Shown: in pieces, positions 48,452 through 62,608 of the stretch
How positions within the stretch are numbered: position 1 is the first letter of the stretch
Layout of the letters: every line of letters begins with the position of its first letter
NCBI RefSeq assembly: GCF_031769215.1
Contig: NW_026782794.1
Span: 310,001 to 374,000 of the forward strand
Origin: Ylistrum balloti
Taxonomy: Eukaryota
Direction: 5' to 3'
Length of the DNA: 64,000 nucleotides
Notes under the pieces: model-generated
What the model saw: the letters and a program-made list of their open reading frames with translations, nothing else
What the model was told of the DNA's origin: nothing
Databases searched by the model: none
Made by a program: the position numbers and the translations under genes

Positions 48452-50953
48452 TACGGACGTTTGTATTGTGTCTCGGAGCCACGACCACTAGTCTTACTGC
48501 AGGAGACGGCCGACGTAACCTAAACACGAGGACTTCCTTCCTGTGACCCAATCACATAGACTATAAAGGTGGCCAATTAACCGTTCCCTGTGTGCAGACA
48601 TGTACAGCATGGTTTTGCTACGTTTGCACACTTGATAACCAAGCTTTAGGATACTCGTCTTGTCTATCTGTCTATGTTAATGTCGCGTATTCACTTTTTA
48701 AGTAGAATAATTATCAATGGTAAAGATCGTTTCTGTAGATTATCATGTAGAAAATATAGTTACAAGTGAACACTTCAAGTATTAAGGCTTGATATCTGAC
48801 ATAAACGAGTGCCATTAACAATGACTTGTTGAAGCAAAGCATAAAATAACCTATCCTGCGTAAATTTGTCCTGTGTTAACATTATCTTAAAAAACACGCC
48901 TTGTTGGATGATTTTCCAGTATACATGTATTTAAACATTTATTCAACGAATGTAGAAAATCCGAAATCAATGAAAACCTTATTTAAACTGAAAAAAATCT
49001 AAACCAGAACCGATAATCAAACCCTTTTGATTGGCTGCTAATGAACAGAAAAAGTAGGTAAATAGAGAAGAGTACTCATTGGTCATGTGATCAAGACAGA
49101 GACTGCAATTAAAACAATGAAGTTTCCAGGAAAGATTCACCCTATAAGTGTCCGTGGTCTTCAAGTTACAATTTGCTCGACAAATGAAAAATTATTTCAA
49201 CAAGGAAGCTGCTTGCATAAACACCAGTAAAATCACCGGATTAAATACCATTAGACAATATGAGACAAGTCAAGTACGCGTGTAACAATAAATATCAATT
49301 TCGATATTTGTATTGTCTACTTGTACCGGAAAATATTAAATATTGACATCTAAAGGATTCCTAGGTATCAAAATTTAAGAATCATTGAAAAGTCATAACA
49401 GGACGAAACGCGGTTATATGGTGTAGTTTAATTTATCCTTTTGCTCTACTGTACCTAATTCGCGTTATTGATGTATGTGTCTTTTGTACAATCTTCGAGA
49501 TAGCAGGTGGTACAAAACTTCTGGTGAATTTCTAGTCCTTGAGGTTTGCCGTAACCCACATGTCGCGTTTTAATTCGTAGCATGGTTCAGAATGTTCACA
49601 TATACTTTACTGTCTTTTGAAACTATATATATGAAATGTCGAACTGTATTTATTATGGGTTAATACATACCCATATCTTGATTCTGATGTTCCTTTCGAT
49701 CTGCTATATGGCATTCATTGTTAAGGTGTATTATATCTAGTTTTGAAATGTGCTATTTACTTAAGTGTCTTTTGAACAATGTTAAATCTGGTAAAGCATT
49801 TATTTGAATTGATTAGTGTATATTTGTCATTTTTCAATCACTTCTTGTTAAGAAAAACTAATTATATTGAAAACACATCTTTGGGAGTATGATGTATTGC
49901 CAGTTAGAGATGATGTTCAATGGTGATGTGCATGGTTTCCACTCAAAAAATCGGTCTCAAAACAATAGAATTCCCTACATCAAAAGAGTTGTTGCACAAA
50001 AAACAAAACAAATCGTGAAAAGGTCTACCGGGTAGAAGAAATAACAACAAGAAAGGATGTCAGACTTCTAATTGCATGTTTCACAAGCACACAAATGTTC
50101 ATTGTGATTGTATACAAACTGAACTACAAACCAGATTTCGTGTCGATATTCAATGATTTAATGAACATTTCACATGTATTTCAAAGTATAGTGTTCACCG
50201 ATATAAAGTGTGTTGATAAAAGTCCGAAAACGTTTTAAGTCCTGCGATATTTCATATGGACAACCAAAGTTTGATGGAAATCAAGGAACCATTGTGCACC
50301 GGATGTATGCTTTCCTGCTATATGAAGGAAATCCATTTTCAAATATATCGACTGAGTGACAACTTCTGAATATAATATAGATTACCTGAATTAATCAGTG
50401 AATGGGTCTTCTGATATTTTTTTCTGAGCAAATGAAAAGTTTCTAAATCTATTTTTATCTTACGTTCTTTTAATATTCGCTGAAGTGTTCGTTTTTAATC
50501 ATATCCTCTTGATTTCATTACTTTTAATTGTAGTGATGATAAAAAAATTCTAGTTTCGTTTTAAATTGTTCAGTGTACTTAATACTTACTAACGTTTTTG
50601 ATGGTAATTAATGACATGATATCTTTTCACCTGGACGAAACAATGTATCGTTAACGACTACAAATAAGTTGATATTGTTGACTAGATGTCAGTATCACCG
50701 AGTTTATTTACATTAAAAACATCTTTACATACTGAATACTCCATGTTCTCTCTCGAAACTTCATCTCTGATAGCTACTCTGAAATTGAAAGAAATTGTTT
50801 ACGGTGTTTTATAAGACAACAAGGCAGTAGTATAACTTTTCATTTTCTAATTAAGAACATGTTATTGTACTATGCGAGTAGTTTACACTGTTTATATGTG
50901 CACATGTTCCGTTTGATATCTCACTTTGAAGATGATTACAAACAGTTTGTAGA

Positions 50954-53900
50954 TTACTCAATTACAAAAGCTGGAAGCAGAAAACACAGGAGAGAATAAT
51001 ATAGATTACTTAGCTGAACAAACCATTCAAACAGTACTCACGACAGTACGGTGAATGACCGGAAGTAGTCAAGAAGAATGTTCCTGTCCGATTGGCAAGA
51101 ATGGAGTCATATCCCATAACCGGACATGGTCCGTCGCCGCACCCCGGACATCTGCCGGCTACATAGTCGTCGTAGGAGGAGCATGGATGGGCGGTGAACT
51201 TACAGGGGCCTTGTAGTAGAGACTCGGTAAACAAACCCTCGGACCTTTCGTGACTGCATGCTACCGACTCAAACGCATCTACAAATGATGGAAGTAGACA
51301 GTATTTACTACACTGACAAGATACAACATGGTGGTATATCTGTATGTTTTGGTGATATATGAATTGATAGGAATGGTAACAGCAGTTGGATTTAAAATTT
51401 GTTTATACATTAATACAGAAAGTTCATAAAGCTCATATGTCATTCAAAGCTACTTTGATAATGAATTGGTTATAGTTTATTCACACACAATTACCTGTAA
51501 CACTGCATAGTATTTTAGAATGTATGCTAACGTTATTCAACATTCACACACAATTTTCTGTAACGCTCCAGAATGTTTTAGAATGTATGCTAGCCATTTA
51601 TTTTAACCTACAAACAATTTTTCTTTAACGTTCCCAAATGTTTTAGAATGTATGCTAACCTTTTTCCACATTCACATAAAATTTTCTGTAACGCTCCAGA
51701 GTATTTTAGAATGTATGGTAACGTTATTCTACATTCACAGACAATTTTCTGTAACGCTCCAGAATGTTTTAGAATGTATGCTAACCTTTTAACCAGCTGA
51801 AACACCAGTTTAAATTTGTATGCGTGAGTATTATTACTTTAATGTTACTGAAATACAAAATCATATTTGGTAAAGAACAGACAACAAACAGAAGAAACCT
51901 AAGTACATTATTTATCTAATTGTTTATCCAGCAAACTATTTTAGCTTTGGCTCAGGTGGAAACTAAGTGACGCACAGGAGTATATCTTTCAGAATGTCCT
52001 TGTGCTATTTCCGCGGGAAAATGATGCAGCTTGACACGTAGCACTATCAATGAAGACATGACCCATATTGTAAATTTTCAACATGATTTAAAGCTGTGCA
52101 AGAATCTTATCCGTGCTTATTATCACTGAAAAGCTCTAGAAGGACGAAGCAAATGTATGATGAAGTGTATTCATTATTTGATGTTATACTCTTATATATT
52201 TTCACATCTTTATACTTTCTGACGATATTTGTACGTGCCAAAATCAAAGAGAGATATGGTTACGTTCAGACATGACTAAAGATCCCGTGTGTAATTTTTT
52301 TATACCTTATAAATAGCTTATTTGTTTCAGACAGCACAGCCTAGGCTTTGATCTAGGCGGGTGCCATTATTGACGGATACATGCAATACTCTGTATGACG
52401 TTGCCACACTACAACCGGAAACGCGGATGTGCCTGGTGGGGCGTTACGTATCAGGTACAACAGTGGGATGTACTAGAACCGTGAGAACTACAGAAATGGT
52501 GTTCATGTTCCTTTTTGATTTTCAATGGTCTCCTTGTAAATCTTTTTGTTTCATATTTTGCACTAATTTTATTACATTTGTGTTGAAAATTCTGCTGACG
52601 TGTCGGCAATGTATTTGTTGATTAAGCACAAACGAAATTTTAGAAATAAGTTTTAACACGCATGGATAAAAACGCGTGAAATCGTATTTTTTAGAAAATG
52701 CCGTTAATTCATACACACAGTGATATTACAATCATAATATACATTTTCGTTATTGAGAGGTAATGGTATTTCCATATTTGGTATTTAGAGAGAATTAGTT
52801 GGATAATACTAGTAAGTTCAATCAATCCAATATTACATTAAAAACGACCAAGAAAACGGCTACGTTCCCAGATATTTTTCAATGACATCATTTCGATAAC
52901 AATTTCTTCCATAATTGTCTATGTCAATGCGCAGATATATTTAGGTCACGTTTAATCACAATCTGAATTGAGAAATGATTATACATTATCGCAAAGAAAA
53001 TTATCTGTATTTTTGATTCCTAAAAGGAAACCTGATAAGTATTTTCTAATGTTTAAACGATATTTTCTCGTTAAAAAAAAAAAAAAAATATTAATAACAA
53101 ATTTATGGATTGTGTCCAAGATCACCACATTATGAAAAGCCTTTGTGTTGAATACACATCTCCACTTAATGTTATATAACGACCTGGTATAACGTTAACT
53201 AACGGACTCGTATTACTGCTATGCAGGAACATCTATGTGAAAAATCGTATTGTTAAAGTGCCTGTGTTGTTCTTTAAAGAATACAGTAAGAATTACAAAA
53301 ATCATTAAAAAAAAAAAGGTTTGTACAAAGTGACTTTAGATTTATGATCGAATATATACTATTTAAACATCGACAACCTGACATTTGGTGCACAGAGGTA
53401 TGACTAAGTTGCCATCAGTTGCCGAAGACTGAGGGAACCACAAATTGATACACAGGTGAGAGGTGTTAGCAGTTTAACAACACGATCTTGGAACAACGTA
53501 CTGCCTCCATTTGCCCAGCCAACAGTATAAGATATCCAAATTCCACTAAACTGTATAAGATGAATCATTCTATTGTCCTTTCGTCCTTCAATCACTCATG
53601 AAAAATGCTTTGCACCTAATCCGTGAGTCGTTTAAGGTAAAATTGTCATCAACAGCGGCCAAGTTTGGAATAAGATTATACACGAAGGTCCGTCGAACAG
53701 AGTGACCGTCAGTTTTTCAATTGTCACGTCAACAGTGGACATAGTTAAGACATTAAACTGTTCGTTCACCTGTAGTTATCAAAACATTTTTCAGTCGTCC
53801 TCTCAAAACGAGAGACCATGTAGATTTTAAATCGTGAACACGTGTCCGTCATCAGGGATACAAAATTGGTTTGGCGTAAAGCTTTACTGTCAGACCATTC

Positions 53901-56900
53901 ACATCAAAGAAATAAATAATTCTTCAGCTGTCCAACCAACAAAGGCATTTCATTATCAAACTGTGTACTCAGAACCACCAAACAGGAGGACGACGCTTAT
54001 CACTAAACCCTTCACCTACAACCATTAAGCGAGAAGACAACCTTTTACCATCAAACAGCACCGTGCGGTCTACCGTATAGGAGGACAAAGTTTGATTGTA
54101 AGCCATGAAAGAGTACAGTAAAAAAACTTCCAGTTATTTTATCTAAAGCCAAACCTTACCCAAGATTGCTGTATATTAAAGTTATTGTTATCAGACATCT
54201 AAAGTTGGGACAGAAGTAGTTCAAGTCTGTCCAAGTCGATTACAGAAAGGACTATATCCGGCTTCCCCACCCCCGTAAATGTACTGTAAGGAAACATTAA
54301 TTCAGGAGTCCTCACGCCATAGGTCAAGGTCATCATGGACTGGAGTGGTTGTGTTGGAGGTGGACGACCAAGTTACAGGGACTGGGAGGAGGAAGACGGG
54401 GTTAGGATAAGGATTGATGGCCGTAAGTCTAAGCTGTAATTGGGAGTCTGGTCAAAATGTTCTCAAGTCTGTATCTATAATGATATATAATGTTGTACTT
54501 AATGAACGTCCAGACGGAGATTTGACACAAGAGGAAGACGCGAGCACCTTGTTCATATACATGTTGTTACATATTTATAATTACCTAAAGCTATGTATAA
54601 TTTTACTCGAGGGTGCAGTTGTGTTGGGAGGTTAATAACCCTACCACATTATGATTTTTTTTTCTTCTGATTCTGAAAACATAAATTCTGTTGACATACT
54701 AAGAAAATTTGTGACTGCATCATGAGTCTACTAGAACGTACGTATTCTGAAACAATATAACGATCTACAAGAGTCACAGTTATGTGCGCCTATTTGGAAT
54801 GGATGCGATTAACTTGGCTCAATTACCATTTTAGTGAACATTATCATGACACATCTCCCTAGCCGTAGAGGATATTATAAGTACTTATGAAAGGCATGGT
54901 GACATATCCACGGCGTTTTACATAATAGTTAATAAAAGCGTTTACATACATACTTTGTGTCACCTACTTTGCCTAATCATACATACTTGTGAAAGCCATG
55001 GAGATTAGGTCTTCCAGTGTCGTACTGACAGGAGGTGGACAACCTGGTTGCTCGTTCATTCCATTAGGATAGAAATCAATGTGACCACATGGTCTCTTCA
55101 TTCCGAATCCTGATGCAAAATAATCATTTAAATTATCAGCATAGTTAAGATATCAGGATTGATGAAGGGCTGTCAGCTCTCTGTCTCTCTGTCTCTCCCT
55201 CTCTCTCTCTCCCCTCCCCTCCCCCCTCCCCCCCCCCCCCTTTCTCTCAGTAATCAACAAGCACTTAATTTAATTGTTATCTTACCTATCCCTGCACTAT
55301 TTAATATAGATATTTCAGACTTCATTTGCAAATGGCATTAAACACAATAACAGTCGAATCTGTTACGGAGAATAATCCTGTTTAAACCTGTTCTAAACAA
55401 CGCCACAGAATATTGCCTTTCTACTAAGTGTGAATATTATGATAATAAACGACCTATATAATGGTGATTGAAAAGTCAAATATAGACAAGAGAATTTCCA
55501 TTGATCTTTGATCAACTGAACCCGAACGGCTGATCTACTGAAACCGGACGGCTGCTCTACTGAATCCGAACGGCTGATCTACTGAAACCGGACGGCTGAT
55601 CTACTGAACCCGAACGGCTGATTGAACCCCGGATCCCTTTAAAAATGTATTTTGCAGGAAAATGGTCTTGTTAATGATGTCAACTGCTTTCATGCTATGG
55701 ATTCATTTTACATCATACACAAGTTTAGCTTACGTTGAGCATGAATGTTAACCTTGGCCCTCAAACACCTACTTACATAATGTGTTTACTGTTCCTTAGA
55801 CAAATACTGATGCGTGCTACGAGGAAACGTCAGACAGAGACAAACAGATATAACTCGCAAACATGGACACGTGAAAAATAAGCAACACAACCAAAATTTG
55901 ACTCTTGTGTTTTTGTTATTTTACACTTGTGCTTTTGCTATCCTGATCTTAATTTTAACGTTCTACGACAATTTGAAACATTTTATAAGAAGTGTATTGA
56001 TTTACCAGCATTCTGTATGGGTACAGCGTCTGTGTGAATGACGTCAACAAATAAAGCGTCCGAAGGATCAAGACGAACCTCTAGAGGGTAGTCTTCAAAC
56101 AGAGGTCCAGCAGGATCCAAACCTTTAAAAATAAATGAAATACATGGATTTGTCATGTTTTATAAAATAAAAATGTCCTTAATAATAAAATGTTTATGAT
56201 TGAATGACAAAACAGCGCCATTTTCATTTCTAACGACGTATTCTATAAAATACCTGTTATTCTACCAATGCCTGGAACCCTACTCCCAATATACCCAGCA
56301 GTCTGTGCGCCAAGGCTATGTCCGGTCACGTGCGTCTTTGTCATATCTACATGAAATGAATCCCTCAATGTCGACAGCAACTTAGCACAAAGTGCGCCAA
56401 CTAATCTTGTATTTGAGACAGACTGCTGGTACATTTTGCTTGCCCCGACCTTCCAGTCAACTGTTATGACATTGAAATCACCCTGAAAGATACAAATGAA
56501 ATAATATTTCACATCACATCATTAATACCAACCAACTATTTTATCATGGTTAAAACACAACAAGAAAATGCCAACATGTCAATATAATCATAAACTATAA
56601 ACCAAGGAAAAATTTGCACGCAGACCCCTGAAAAAGAACAAGGAAAGTAACCAGGTGTTCCGGCAGAGTAAGCGTATTTTGCTTCATCGGCGACATAGTG
56701 ATAAATATGCATTTTCAAAGTTTTGTAATAGTAGAAATGTGATTTTTTAGAGATATTAATCAAAGTACGTAAAACACTGTAAGATTATGCATTACCCTTG
56801 ACAAGAAGGCGTTGGTCATATTATGTACCCAGACCTCGTACGCACTGCTCATGTACCCGTGAATTATCATCTTGGTTGGTTTACTTCCGGCAAAGCCAGC

Positions 56901-57758
56901 ACCACGTATAATGTTCACACTGGTGTCCTTGTAGTCAAATTTAACACCCTTAGCTGGTCCATCTCTCGTGAAAAGGGTGAAAGTGACATCTATTTCCTCA
57001 GGAGATTCCGGAAGTGCTTCAAATGAGTTGTCAAACGGTTTGTGATTTGAGAAGCAGTCCACATTTTCGTAACAAACCTGAGTTTTGAATAGAAAACCTG
57101 CAACAAAAAATTGCATAACTGACTCGTTAGTAAATCAATGATTTCTTCTTGTTCACGACGGAAGACCTATTACGAGAGAAACTGAAAACGTCCACCACCC
57201 CAGATCGAACAGAAATCAGACGCACAACTAGGAAGAACAAATATTACGTTAATGATTTAATGGTGAGATCGTCGGACATATCACTGACGAGGACAAAGAG
57301 CAAAACAATGCCAATACAGAAAATGTGACGGATAAATAATCATTCATCATTTTTGCATCGTTGGCATCTAACCATCCGCAAGAAGGACGGGTTATTTAAC
57401 TTTTATCGACAACAATGGTCTTTCAGAGATCTGAAGTGCATTAGAATCAATCATTTCCCTTCGGTCAAAGAATTGAACTTCTTCATTTTACTGTACTGTA
57501 ATACTACTGTACTACTTTTACTGTAATTGTTTTATGACGTTGGAAAATCCAAAATCAACAACAGTAATTCCGGAATATTAAAGAGACTTGGTACAATATT
57601 GCTAAAGTGTACTCGGGCTAGTGATAGGGGGATCTGACCGGAGTACAAAACAAACTAGAGCCAAAATTAAAAAAAAAAAAAAACTCTAGCTTACCTAGAC
57701 ATATCTCTGAAGTCCAAACAGCCAGCAGGATGAGCGTCAGTGTCCGTCCACAAGTCAT
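50954..57758 (-). CDS. Pancreatic triacylglycerol lipase-family enzyme (catalytic domain only, ~362 aa)
   Basis: Exons (-): 57758-57695 (signal peptide [21 protein letters not shown]), 57097-56796, 56482-56254, 56122-56006, 55109-54987, 51278-51042, and probable last exon 50970-50954 (PFVIE*). Without that splice the frame ends at 51010. Triad: GHSLG (Ser), GLDPAGP (Asp), ACSHERS (His). Also [23 protein letters not shown] and GHIDFYPNG. Confidence 0.9.
51475..51790. repeat. ~63 bp minisatellite, 5 copies, in a lipase intron
   Basis: TTTTAGAATGTATG at 51513, 51576, 51641, 51704 and 51767. Confidence 0.9.
55177..55250. repeat. (CT)n / poly-C low-complexity tract
   Basis: CTCTCTGTCTCTC..CCCCCCC run. 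Confidence 0.85.
55515..55622. repeat. 22 bp minisatellite, 5 copies
   Basis: ACTGAA(C/A/T)CCG(A/G)ACGGCTGATCT at 55515, 55537, 55559, 55581 and 55603. Confidence 0.9.
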
Positions 57759-57874
57759 GTTGTACAGTCTTATACTGATAAGCAATGGTTAGGTCACTTT
57801 AAGAGATAATAACTTGCCCTATCTGGAAAGATATAAGTCAAACACAACAAATCAATCAGCTGTTTCATGGGAGT

Positions 57875-58628
57875 ATTTGTGCGGTATTCCTCTCGGGAAG
57901 GTCTTCAATATATATAGTGTTAACATTTATGTGGTATTCCTCTCGGGAAGGTCTTCAATATATATAGTGTTAACATTTATGTGGTATTCCTCTCGGGAAG
58001 GCCTTCAATATATATCGTTTTAACATTTGTGTGGTATTCCTCTCGGGAAGGCCTTCAATATATATCGTGTTAACATTTGTGTGGTATTCCTCTCGGGAAG
58101 GTCTTCAATATATATCGTGTTAACATTTGTGTGGTATTCCTCTCGGGAAGGTCTTCAATATATATAGTGTTAACATTTATGTGGTATTCCTCTTGGGAAG
58201 GTCTTCAATATATATAGTGTAAACATTTATGTGGTATTCCTCTCGGGAAGGTCTTCAATATATATAGTGTTAACATTTGTGTGGTATTCCTCTCGGGAAG
58301 GTCTTCAATATATATAGTGTTAACATTTGTGTGATATTCCTCTCGGGAAGGTCTTCAATATATATCGTGTTAACATTTGTGTGGTATTCCTCTCGGGAAG
58401 GTCTTCAATATATATAGTGTAAACATTTATGTGGTATTCCTCTCGGGAAGGTCTTCAATATATATCGTGTTAACATTTGTGTGGTATTCCTCTCGGGAAG
58501 GCCTTCAATATATATAGTGTTAACATTTATGTGGTATTCCTCTCGGGAAGGTCTTCAATATATATAGTGTTAACATTTGTGTGGTATTCCTCTCGGGAAG
58601 GTCTTCAGTATATATAGTGTTAACATTT
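57875..58628. repeat. 50 bp minisatellite, ~15 copies, immediately upstream of the lipase gene
   Basis: Unit GTGGTATTCCTCTCGGGAAGGTCTTCAATATATAT(A/C)GTGTTAACATTT(A/G)T. Confidence 0.95.
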
Positions 58629-59205
58629 ATCATTATATAGAGTCAACAATACAAATAGACTTCATAATCAGGCATTTAATTCGGTATGTTATAAAGTCTA
58701 TTTCTCAGCATTATCTCCATGCACACCACCTAGTTACATTGTCAAAGGAAATTTTATCGATACAACGGAAATAAATTGATTATTTCAAATATGTTCGGTA
58801 TTCAATACAGAATATCGGTGATATTTCTGTATTTGAAATTAATCTTTATAAATATATTTATAAAATAAACCTTTCACTATCTGTACATTTTACAAAACGA
58901 TTGATATTTGTCCTGTTCTTAAGCTTTAAACTGCAGTGTAATTATTGTGTCAGTAATAGTATCTAATCACGTGTCACCGTCACCTGCTATATTACTTATA
59001 TATACTTCTATATAAAGATGTAGAATGTCATCGATACTGATGAAGATTTTGATATTCCAATCGATTTATTAGTAACCCCTATTGAACAAAAAAATTTCTA
59101 TCAAAAATACTGTCTTTTCAAATAATAGCATTTCATATCAGATCAGGAACGCTTGTGAAAATAGCGTAATATATAAAAGTCAAACAGAAATAGTTGGTGA
59201 TAGAA

Positions 59206-60048
59206 TTAATTACATAAAAAACAAGAGAATTTTAAATATTGTTGTAATTGTTCCGTATAATACATAAAAAAACAAGAGAATTTTAAATATTGCTGTAATT
59301 GTTCCGTATAATACATAAAAAAACAAGAGAATTTTAAATATTGTTGTAATTGTTCCGTATAATACATAAAAAAAAACAAGAGAATTTTAAATATTGTTGT
59401 AATTGTTCCGTATAATACATAAAAAAACAAGAGAATTTTAAATATTGTTGTAATTGTTCCGTATAATACATAAAAAAAACAAGAGAATTTTAAATATTGT
59501 TGTAATTGTTCCGTATAATACATAAAAAAAACAAGAGAATTTTAAATATTGTTGTAATTGTTCCGTATAATACATAAAAAAAAAAACAAGAGAATTTTAA
59601 ATATTGTTGTAATTGTTCCGTATAATACATAAAAAAAACAAGAGAATTTTAAATATTGTTGTAATTGTTCCGTATAATACATAAAAAAAAACAAGAGAAT
59701 TTTAAATATTGTTGTAATTGTTCCGTATAATACATAAAAAAAACAAGAGAATTTTAAATATTGTTGTAATTGTTCCGTATAATACATAAAAAAAACAAGA
59801 GAATTCTAAATATTGTTGTAATTGTTCCGTATAATACATAAAAAAACAAGAGAATTTTAAATATTGTTGTAATTGTTCCGTATAATACATAAAAAAACAA
59901 GAGAATTGTAAATATTGTTGTAATTGTTCCGTATAATACATAAAAAAACAAGAGAATTTTAAATATTGTTGTAATTGTTCCGTATAATACATAAAAAAAC
60001 AAGAGAATTCTAAATATTGTTGTAATTGTTCCGTATAATACATAAAAA
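59206..60048. repeat. ~51-55 bp minisatellite, ~16 copies, with a variable poly-A spacer
   Basis: Unit ACAAGAGAATTTTAAATATTGTTGTAATTGTTCCGTATAATACAT(A)6-10. Confidence 0.95.
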
Positions 60049-62608
60049 TACATTCCTTTATCTTATCTGGGACTGATTACACAGAATCCAGTCTCTATGC
60101 TTTACCAGTACGTGACTGTTTTCTACAAGAGTTATGCCCCTTTGAAATAGAAACGCAAAATGTACCGATTATCATTACGTTGTTGTTTATTACGATTAAA
60201 AAAGTTTTTTTTTTTCCGCAAAGTAGCATAATACACGTTCATACAGGCTTTTAACCTGTTGGAAGAATCTTCGAAATCTGGGGGCAAATTATGGAATCAC
60301 AAAAACAGAAAGTATGTAGATATATTTCTTAATCTATCAACGTTTCGGAAAATATGAAATTGAAACAATTTTTGTTGTAAAAATATAAGCAGAGAAGTGT
60401 TCTTGAAATATTTTATTTCATCGAGGACATTTTAGAATGATTTCTTTGTGATGGTAATGTCAATAGAACAGAGGCTCCTATAGTAAAATATTATCTTCTA
60501 ATGTATTCGTCGATAAAAGACGGCGTGTTAATCAAGGTCCTAAGTCATGCTACGTTCCCAATGAAAGAACCATGATACTAATAAAGAAAGCACAAGAAGA
60601 TTAATGGACATCATTCAATATGTCTTCATACTGCATCCACGATATATCATTTCAATTACAAATTTAAAAAAATGATGAAGATCAAACATTCACAAAATCT
60701 GTTTTCTTCTGTCGCTGAATCATTTGGATACGTTCATATAATACACGTCACAAATATCTCATTCAATTATACATAGAAACATTGACCTCATCACTGTGTA
60801 GTATACACCTTAAAACACCGTCTGGCACTACTGATCCTCATGGACTAGTGATAAAGAAAAAAAGACTGGTTTTTAAAAGGCAAGAATAGAAAGAAAAAAA
60901 ATATCGCGATATCTAAACACTATTACAAGTTTCCGGAATTTTCCGGAATCTAAAACAATATATTGTCAATTAGATTGTTGTGTTTTTCTACCTTTTTCTT
61001 CCTTCCGCCGTTTGGTTATCAAAACGTTTTTGTTTTTTGTTTTTTTTTTTTTTTTGCTACCGAGTGCTATTTTGGACAAAGGAGCCTTAATTTCATGGGC
61101 AATAAGAATTCTCTTCCCAAGCTTATATTTGACAATTCCGGATAAGTAATACACGGTTACAGTTTGTCGATAGAACTGCATTACATTGTCATGGTTGTCA
61201 AGACGGTTGCTATGACTACGTCTAGAGATGGTATACTTTCCGGTAAGAAGATAATGTTCTTTCTCCAATGTCGTTCCCACGTTAAAATATTTTCTGATGT
61301 AGTGGAGTTTTAGTATTAAAACACAATTATATCGTTTTACCTGGAATATTTCGAGAAATCCAATGTTATTTGACTTCGTGCATTTTAAAACGAAAATGAG
61401 TATCACAAATTATGACGACGTTCGGTAGGCTGTATATATCCTATACAATTGCGCTGCCACTCACTAATATGAAAATGAACGAGAAAAAGACTTCCATAAA
61501 GCTATGAAAACAAAGAAATTCAGGTGCCATTTGGTACAATATTCAATGAGTAGATTTCCGCAAAAACAGAAGTGGGAATTCCGTATGGTAAACCTCCGCC
61601 AACACTGCAACAGGTCTAGAACATTTGGCTCTTCTGGCAGTAACCCTGTACTGTTTATAGAGATGATAATTTATCTGCCTCCGTTTATCAATTAGAAAGT
61701 AAGAAAAGAATGATTCACATGTAGAAGCTGTGATGTGACCTAGAATGATAATCTATTTGCAGTAAGGTACCAGCTTATTCAATCACAGACTACTGGAGTA
61801 ATGTGTCAACTGGACAGTGGTGAGAGAATATACGTAACAGACAGCATGGCTCTATCACAATAACATCAGAAACGTTACTGGTTAAAACTCGTTAGCGAAA
61901 ACACCATTTCATGATAAGAAGTGTAAAGTAGATTCTATGCCTAAAATCGACAGAGCGAAATCAAAACCTACCGCTCACGATGTCGATAGCATCAGCTGGT
62001 AGTTGAAGATCGGCCGGGACCATCACCCGAGTGTTTGTGACGTCAAGCGATTAGGAAAAACCAAACAAACAAAACTAAACAAAATATAAGTTTGTTGACG
62101 AAGATCTAGTTCAAGCGTTACTTTCACTTTGATCATGTTTGACCGGATCATAGTGATGACGTCAGTGACGTCAGTGTTGCGCATCAAGCTACGACTGCAT
62201 TTTTGGAAACTTTGTTTCAACTTGGAATATTATTATTGATTTAATAAATGATACAGAACGGTTAAAAAGTATAGTCTTATTGTGTCTCGGCGATTCCAAG
62301 CGAGCTCGCGCGAATTCTCGGGAAAAACTGTTAATTTGCAATGCAACAGCGGTCGGTCAGTTAGGTTTCTTATTTAAAAGGAGACAGTTATCTAAAAATC
62401 ACCAGGATAACAGGAATAACGTGTAGATGTAAATATATGAATTGAAAGTCAATGTTTTAACATTCATATCTTTGTGAATGGTATGACGTTATTCAGTGTA
62501 TAGTGATATACGCCATGTCAGTGTATGTCGAGATGGTTTATAGAATGTCTCTGTGTGTAAAGACAATAAATCAGGATATTTCTATGTATATAAAAATAAC
62601 ACGTCATC

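Noticed and set aside
53400-54640. Short ORFs in the large lipase intron as transposon or nested gene remnants
   Set aside because: I recognised no RT, transposase or other domain motif, and frames are interrupted. A BLASTX or HMM search would be needed to revisit this.
57875-60048. Regular repeats that could be mistaken for CRISPR arrays
   Set aside because: Units are contiguous with no unique spacers, there are no cas genes, and the context is eukaryotic.
59206-60053. Minus-strand ORFs (MYYTEQLQQYLKFSCFF repeats)
   Set aside because: Translation of a minisatellite. The variable poly-A lengths shift frames and may partly be sequencing homopolymer error.
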